Below are positions 58,569 to 64,000 of a DNA stretch of 64,000 nt, piece by piece. This DNA comes from an uncultured Candidatus Entotheonella sp. Its GTDB lineage: Bacteria; Tectomicrobia; Entotheonellia; Entotheonellales; Entotheonellaceae. Where the stretch lies: positions 1,056,001 through 1,120,000 of the forward strand of contig OZ244252.1 of the NCBI GenBank assembly GCA_965217185.1, given 5' to 3'. Every line of letters starts with the position of its first letter. Positions within the stretch are counted from its first letter, which is position 1. The position numbers and the translations under genes are program-made. The notes below the pieces were generated by a model that was given only the letters and a program-made list of their open reading frames with translations, searched no databases and was not told the origin of the DNA.

Positions 58569-59924
58569 ATGGCTGGTCAGCGTCCATCGCCATTGCTCAG
58601 CGCGGCTATGCCGCGCCGTCGGTTTCTGCACACGCTCGGCGCCGCGGGCGGGGCGGCGTTGCTGGGTTCCGCCGGCCAGCCGCAGCGGGTGTACGCTCGC
58701 AAGGGCACGATTCGCATTTTCAACAACGAAACGGACCCCGACACCATTGCCTTCCTGAAAGCAATGGCCAAGACCTATCGGGCCGAAACCGGTGTGCGGG
58801 TGAAGATTGAAACCGTGCCGGTGATGCAGACGGCCACCAAGGTGACCACCGCCATCAAGGCCGGCAAGCCGTACGACTTCATCATCTTCTTCACCAACCT
58901 GGCCATCCTGCTGGCCGAGGAAGGCCAGCTCGTCCCCCTTACCGACATCATCCGCGAAGTTGGCGAAGCGGATTTCGGGCCGCGCGCCCTGCGCTTGTTC
59001 AAGGACGACTACTGGCTTTACCCCTACGACTACAACTTCAATTACCTGCTCTATCGCAAAGACCTGTTCGCCGAGAAGGGCCTGTCGGTGCCCAACGACT
59101 GGGACGAGTTCCTGGAGGTGCTGCGCGCCCTCAACGACCCGGACAACAAGCGCTACGCCATCACCCTGCCCTACGGCGGCACGCATACCCTGTGGGGCAA
59201 CTCGGCGTTTCTGTGGGCCGCCGGAGTGGAGTTTTACGACGACGAGTGGAACGTCATACTGGATTCCGACGACATCAAGCCGCGCGCCATCCGAACCCTC
59301 GAGTTCCTCGCCGAGGTGGCGAAATACACGCCGCCGGGACCGATGGAAACGAGTCTGAAGGACATGCTGATCAACTTCTCGTCCGGCCTGTCGGCGATCA
59401 CCTCGTACACCGGTCGGGCTATCCACACCATCGAAGACCGCAATCCGGAACTGGCCGACAAATACGGCATCATGTCCTATCCGGGACCCGACGGCGGGCA
59501 CCGGGCGGTGACGTACGGCGACGATGGCTTTTCCATCGGCAAGACGGAAAATTCCGAATTGACGGTGGACTTCTTCCGCTGGTTCCTCGACACCGAGCGC
59601 CTGATCGATTACCAGCTCACGGTGCCGTTGCATTACCAGCCAACGCAGTTCTCCACCTACGAGAACGAAAAATGGCGCAGTCACCCGCTGATCGAGAAGC
59701 ACCGGGAGGCGGTTGACATGATGCGCGAGTTCATGAACACGGATACCACGCTGGTCGGCTCCATTGACTTTCAGGGCCCCCACCCGTCGCCGAACCATGC
59801 CCGCTTCGCGATTTCCAACGTCCTCGGCAAGATGTACCAGAACGTGCTGATGAAACGCCAGACCCCGAGCGAGGCCGTGGACGCCGCGGCCGAGGAAATC
59901 CGGGGTTTTACCACGAGGAGCTGA
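58569..59924 (+). CDS. Carbohydrate-type ABC substrate-binding protein (Tat signal)
   Basis: PRRRFL Tat motif; LLYRKDLF, P.DWDEF. Confidence 0.9.
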   Translation: MAGQRPSPLLSAAMPRRRFLHTLGAAGGAALLGSAGQPQRVYARKGTIRIFNNETDPDTIAFLKAMAKTYRAETGVRVKIETVPVMQTATKVTTAIKAGKPYDFIIFFTNLAILLAEEGQLVPLTDIIREVGEADFGPRALRLFKDDYWLYPYDYNFNYLLYRKDLFAEKGLSVPNDWDEFLEVLRALNDPDNKRYAITLPYGGTHTLWGNSAFLWAAGVEFYDDEWNVILDSDDIKPRAIRTLEFLAEVAKYTPPGPMETSLKDMLINFSSGLSAITSYTGRAIHTIEDRNPELADKYGIMSYPGPDGGHRAVTYGDDGFSIGKTENSELTVDFFRWFLDTERLIDYQLTVPLHYQPTQFSTYENEKWRSHPLIEKHREAVDMMREFMNTDTTLVGSIDFQGPHPSPNHARFAISNVLGKMYQNVLMKRQTPSEAVDAAAEEIRGFTTRS

Positions 59925-59928
59925 GGCC

Positions 59929-60864
59929 ATGATTACCCTGCGCCGCGCGGCTTCGCTGGCGCTGCCGGCGCCGCGAGAAATCTCCCGCGTCGGTCCCCTG
60001 GAACGGCGCGACCGCAAGCTGTTTCTCGCCTTTCTGGCGCCCGGCATGCTGCTCGGCATCGGAGCGCTGTTCATCCCCGTCCTCTACGCCATCCAATTGA
60101 GTTTTTTCCACGCCGAAAGCTTTATCGACGAGCCGACCTTCGTGGGGCTGGCCAACTACATCCGGGTGCTTTCCGAGCCGCGTTACTGGGAGGCGTTCTG
60201 GCACGGGGTGTTCTACGCGGTGGCCACGGTCGCCCTGCAGGTGGTCATCGGTATCGGCATCGCGCTGCTGCTGCACCAGGAATTTCGTGGCCGCAACCTG
60301 CTGCGCAGCGCCGCGCTGGCGCCGTATATCCTGCCGACCGTGGTGGTGGTGTACATCTGGAAGTGGCTCCTCAACGTCAACTACGGCATTTTCAACGCGT
60401 TTCTGGAGAACGTCGGTGTCGGCCCCATTGCCTGGTTCACCTCGCCCACGGCCGCTTGGTTCTCCATCATTTTCGTCAGCGTGTGGTACTGGACGCCGTT
60501 CGTCACCATCACCTTCCTGGCGGCCTTACAGACCGTCTCCGATGATCTGTACGATGCCGCGGCGGTGGACGGCGCCAATGCCTGGAAGCGCCTCATTCAC
60601 ATCACCCTGCCGGTGCTCAAGCCGGTGCTGATCGTCATCGTCATGCTGCGAACCATTTTCATGTTCAACAAATTCGACATCGTGTGGCTGATGACCAACG
60701 GCGGTCCGCTCACCACTACCGAGCACCTGCCCATCCTGGCTTACGTCAAGACCTTCGACATGTTCGACATCGGCGGCGGCACCGCCATCGCCACGTCGAT
60801 CTTCGTGTTCCTGGCTGCACTGATCTGGATTTACTTCTGGATGTTTCCGCTGGAGGAGCACTAA
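59929..60864 (+). CDS. Carbohydrate ABC permease
   Basis: FVGLANY, LYDAAAVDGA (EAA loop), ITLPVLKP. Confidence 0.93.
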   Translation: MITLRRAASLALPAPREISRVGPLERRDRKLFLAFLAPGMLLGIGALFIPVLYAIQLSFFHAESFIDEPTFVGLANYIRVLSEPRYWEAFWHGVFYAVATVALQVVIGIGIALLLHQEFRGRNLLRSAALAPYILPTVVVVYIWKWLLNVNYGIFNAFLENVGVGPIAWFTSPTAAWFSIIFVSVWYWTPFVTITFLAALQTVSDDLYDAAAVDGANAWKRLIHITLPVLKPVLIVIVMLRTIFMFNKFDIVWLMTNGGPLTTTEHLPILAYVKTFDMFDIGGGTAIATSIFVFLAALIWIYFWMFPLEEH

Positions 60865-61698
60865 ATGCGCAAGACGAACTGGGTCTTGATCCGCCGCGTT
60901 TTCCTGGGGCTGCTCTTCGTCGGGGTAATCCTGTACTCGCTGTTTCCGATATACTGGATGGTCATTTCCGGCCTGCGCGCCGGGCGCTCGCTGTTCGAGC
61001 CGTTGCTGCTGCCGGGGCCGTACTCGTGGCAGGGCTACAAGACCATCCTCAGCCTGACGGACTTCCCGACGTATTACGTCAACAGCATTCTCATCGCCAT
61101 TGGCACCACCGTGCTGACCGTGGCGGTGGTGACGCCGATGGCTTATGCAATGGTGCGCAGCCGCCTGCCGGGCATGATGCTCATGGTACGGGCGATGCTG
61201 TTCGCCTACATGTTTCCCGCCCTGCTGCTGGCCATCCCGATTTACATCTTTCTGGTGAAGATCGGCCTCGACGACACGCGCCTGAGCCTCATCCTGACGC
61301 ACAGCACCTTCACGCTGCCGCTCGGTGTGTGGCTGATGTGGGGATTCTTCAAGAACTTTCCGTTCGAGGTGGAGGAGTCGGCCTTCATCGACGGCTGTTC
61401 CCGTCTGCAGGCCATCTACCGCATCATCATGCCCCTCACCCTGCCTGGCGTGCTGACGGTGGTGCTGTTCGCTTTCGTGTTGTCGTGGTCGGATTTCGTC
61501 TTCTCGCTCATCCTCATCACTTCCGATGAGCTCAAAACCCTGCCCTACGGCCTCGCTTCCATCGACGATGCCTACGACGCGAACTGGGGAGAACTGATGG
61601 CGGGTTCAACCATGATCTGCCTGCCCCTGTTGGCCCTGTTCGCCTTCCTCAGCCGCTATTTCATCCGCGGCCTCAGCATGGGGGCGGTGAAGAGTTAG
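60865..61698 (+). CDS. Carbohydrate ABC permease
   Basis: EESAFIDGC, KTLP, YFIRGLSMGAVK. Confidence 0.93.
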   Translation: MRKTNWVLIRRVFLGLLFVGVILYSLFPIYWMVISGLRAGRSLFEPLLLPGPYSWQGYKTILSLTDFPTYYVNSILIAIGTTVLTVAVVTPMAYAMVRSRLPGMMLMVRAMLFAYMFPALLLAIPIYIFLVKIGLDDTRLSLILTHSTFTLPLGVWLMWGFFKNFPFEVEESAFIDGCSRLQAIYRIIMPLTLPGVLTVVLFAFVLSWSDFVFSLILITSDELKTLPYGLASIDDAYDANWGELMAGSTMICLPLLALFAFLSRYFIRGLSMGAVKS

Positions 61699-61699
61699 G

Positions 61700-61729
61700 G
61701 AAGAGCCGGTGCGCGACGCACGGCTCTTC
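61700..61729. terminator. Hairpin between convergent genes
   Basis: GAAGAGCCG..TGCG-cga-CGCA-CGGCTCTTC. Confidence 0.6.
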
Positions 61730-61747
61730 AGGCCGCTCAATTCGCCA

Positions 61748-62932
61748 TCAAAACGCCAATACCTTCTTAGGGTTGTCAATTAAGATCTTGCTGATCACCC
61801 GTTTTGTAATGCCAGCCTCGTTCAAGTTTGGAACTACCTCCGACAGGATCAACGTCCACGGGTCTTCCTTGAACAGCCACCAATCCGACTCGCGCTTCTC
61901 CTCCTGCCAGAACGTCCGGTAAAAATAAGGAACGGTGTCGTGGCTCAGGAGGAGTTGATCCTCATAGCCCGCGTCCAGCAGCGGCCGGATGTACTCCGCG
62001 CGATCTTCCACCGGGTAGTTCGGGTAGCCGATGCGGTCAAACTGCACCCATACCCCCAGGTCCGCAAGTTGCTTGTGGTAATCCGTTGCGCGGACGTTTT
62101 CGCGATCATCCTTGTAGCCTTGATGCCCGATGATGATTTTTTGCGGGCTAACGCCCAGGGAGAGTAGCAATTGGGCCATCTCCAGGCCGCCACCGTCAGT
62201 GGTGTGGACGCTGATCGGACAGCCCGTTTCGATGCAGGCCAGACCCGCCGCGGTATTGGCGCGCCGTTCCAGGGCGGTCAGATAGGTGCTCGTGGCGATC
62301 TTGATGATTCCGGCCTTGACGTCCGTGAAGACAGTCCCGGGCTCTCCGTAAGGGTCTTCCATCCCTTCGGTGATTTCCTTGATATAGAGCCGTGTGACCT
62401 GCTCGATGCCGTCGGGTTGCACTAGCATGGCGACGGCCCACAGGTGCATGGGGGCCAGGGCCTCGCCCCAAAAACCGGTGCAGCCAACGATGTGGACCGG
62501 GCTTTTCTTGGCCATGTCGACAATCAAGTGGGGATAGCGGCCCACCCGGATCGGCGTTACCTCGACGAGTGTGCCGTTTTCGGCCCAGCCGTCGAGTTGG
62601 CTGTAAAAAGCCTGTAAGCCGCTCACCGCTTGGTCAACGACCTGCTGGCGGAACGACCCCTCAATCGGGGCGATGGGATGGCCGTATAACTCCGACCAGT
62701 CGATGACCGGCGCATGCTCGTGCATGAGGGTGACGCCGAGATCGTCCGGCGAAATCGGGCCTAGAACCGTCTGTACCTTCGGCCCTTCCCCGTTGTCTGA
62801 CGTTTGTGCCTGCGCGACTTGCGTATGCTCAACCAGCGCCTCACCGAGGGTCGCCATGACCGCCAGAGCCGAGGATGTTTTGACGAAATCCCGTCGGGTC
62901 ATCCCGAATCCGTTATCGTTGCCTGTGTCCAT
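61748..62932 (-). CDS. Phosphotriesterase-family metallohydrolase with Tat signal
   Basis: TRRDFV; TVLGPI..LGVTLMHEH, GIIK, VHT, IGH and LSHD. Confidence 0.9.
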   Translation of the reverse strand: MDTGNDNGFGMTRRDFVKTSSALAVMATLGEALVEHTQVAQAQTSDNGEGPKVQTVLGPISPDDLGVTLMHEHAPVIDWSELYGHPIAPIEGSFRQQVVDQAVSGLQAFYSQLDGWAENGTLVEVTPIRVGRYPHLIVDMAKKSPVHIVGCTGFWGEALAPMHLWAVAMLVQPDGIEQVTRLYIKEITEGMEDPYGEPGTVFTDVKAGIIKIATSTYLTALERRANTAAGLACIETGCPISVHTTDGGGLEMAQLLLSLGVSPQKIIIGHQGYKDDRENVRATDYHKQLADLGVWVQFDRIGYPNYPVEDRAEYIRPLLDAGYEDQLLLSHDTVPYFYRTFWQEEKRESDWWLFKEDPWTLILSEVVPNLNEAGITKRVISKILIDNPKKVLAF

Positions 62933-63175
62933 GAGGTGCTCCTTGTTCGCAGGGGGAGTCGAGACCGTTGCGTGGGGCGAACTATATCGCCATTTGTTGC
63001 ACAATGGAACACAGACCCCCCGCGTCTTCCCCTAAGTTCCGCTCATTTCCTTTGATTTCCATCCATTAGGTGGGCAGTGCCGAATTTCTGTGGAAATCTC
63101 GACCCTCAGAACACGGACAATTTGGCGGACAGTCTCGGCTCATCTAAGCTCGACTTTGTACAAAGTTGGTCAAGT

Positions 63176-64000
63176 GAGCCACTTGCAAAACTCCGCTAGT
63201 TTGGCCTCGGAGCGGTTGTCATGAGACCGTACGGTGAATCATTTGCCGTCGGTGGTTCCAATTGCCACGAATTCAGCCATGGCGGTGCCGAGTTCCGGCT
63301 CCCGTCTTGCGATGCGGACGCAACTCTCCCCCCTGCGTACAGGACAGCAGCGCGTGCCGGGATGGAGGAAACGGGGCCGCGAGACCAGCTTCAGGTCACC
63401 AAGCGCATCAACTGATCAACCGTGAGCGCCACAATCCCGAACATCAGATGACACAGCACCTTGGCATGGCCGCGCACGCGCACGCTGCGACCTCCGAATT
63501 CATCCTTGAGGCGACCATTGACGCGCTCGACGGTCGAGCGTTCGTGGTAACGTCTCTCCTCAGACAGGACCAACCCACAGGCACGCCGTGCCTGCCTCTC
63601 CTGCCGCAGCGCCTGCTTGCGCGCGCCGCTGCGGGGGTTGACGTCGATGATCGCAACATGACCCAGGGCGCGGCTGTGGGCGCGGATTTCCGGGGCATCG
63701 TAGGCGCTGTCCATCAGGTCATACAGGTTGCGGACTCGCTCCGCCGTCAGGGTCGCCAGCGGGATGGCGACTTGGCTGTCGTGCAGCGACGCCGAGGTAA
63801 GCAGGCAACTGACCGGGATGGCGCCGTCGGCCGCGTCAATATGCAACTTGTAGCCGCTCCATGACGTCTGATAGCCCTTGGCGTCGCGCTTGACGCCAAT
63901 GTCACAGGCGTACGGCAAGTCGGCGAGCATCTCCGGCAGGGTCATGTTGCGCTGGCGCTCCAGACGGCGCGGCTCCGTGGGGCGCTCCTCGCCCTTGCGC
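63176..64000 (-). mobile_element. Second IS of the same family as 13609-15096 (partial)
   Basis: Same terminal IR GAGCCACTTGCAAAAC at 63176; transposase C-terminal half 63391-64000 is similar but not identical. Confidence 0.9.

Noticed and set aside
58542..60074. Long antisense ORFs (e.g. 510 aa here, 47369-48631, 30827-31972)
   Set aside because: Shadow frames of GC-rich genes with clear motifs on the other strand

Overview
GC-rich bacterial chromosome segment. A marine or sponge-symbiont lineage such as Tectomicrobia is plausible from gene content, but this is inference only. Housekeeping and catabolic blocks are: a urease operon with an embedded Amt (ureD-amt-ureABC-ureFG, no ureE), nitroreductase, crotonase, fabF, a coxD/coxE-like pair, an M16 peptidase, a CocE hydrolase, crcB with phoBR-like genes, a comDE/TauE/UxaA/LLM cluster, two ABC importers, an MFS pump and a Tat-exported phosphotriesterase. 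AT-richer accessory tracts lie at 1-1000, about 12.7-17.6 kb and about 35.6-46.1 kb. The top finding is a linalool dehydratase/isomerase-family gene (55790-57316) that the ORF track splits at an in-frame TGA. The TGA falls exactly at the family's second catalytic Cys and is followed by an fdhF-like SECIS hairpin, so this is a candidate new selenoenzyme. Second is an integrase-free defence-like island (SNF2 helicase, AbiJ/HEPN-like protein, sacsin-type ATPase-HNH, PemK) built by nested insertions that each leave a duplicated, synonymously diverged 3' gene end; its helicase is broken by a 191-bp MITE. The window also holds three IS elements (two with target-site duplications that let the broken genes be rebuilt), GTAG-type REPs, a granulin-like Cys-rich secreted peptide and a PtuA-like ATPase missing from the ORF track. 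Family assignments are from motif recognition, not database searches.
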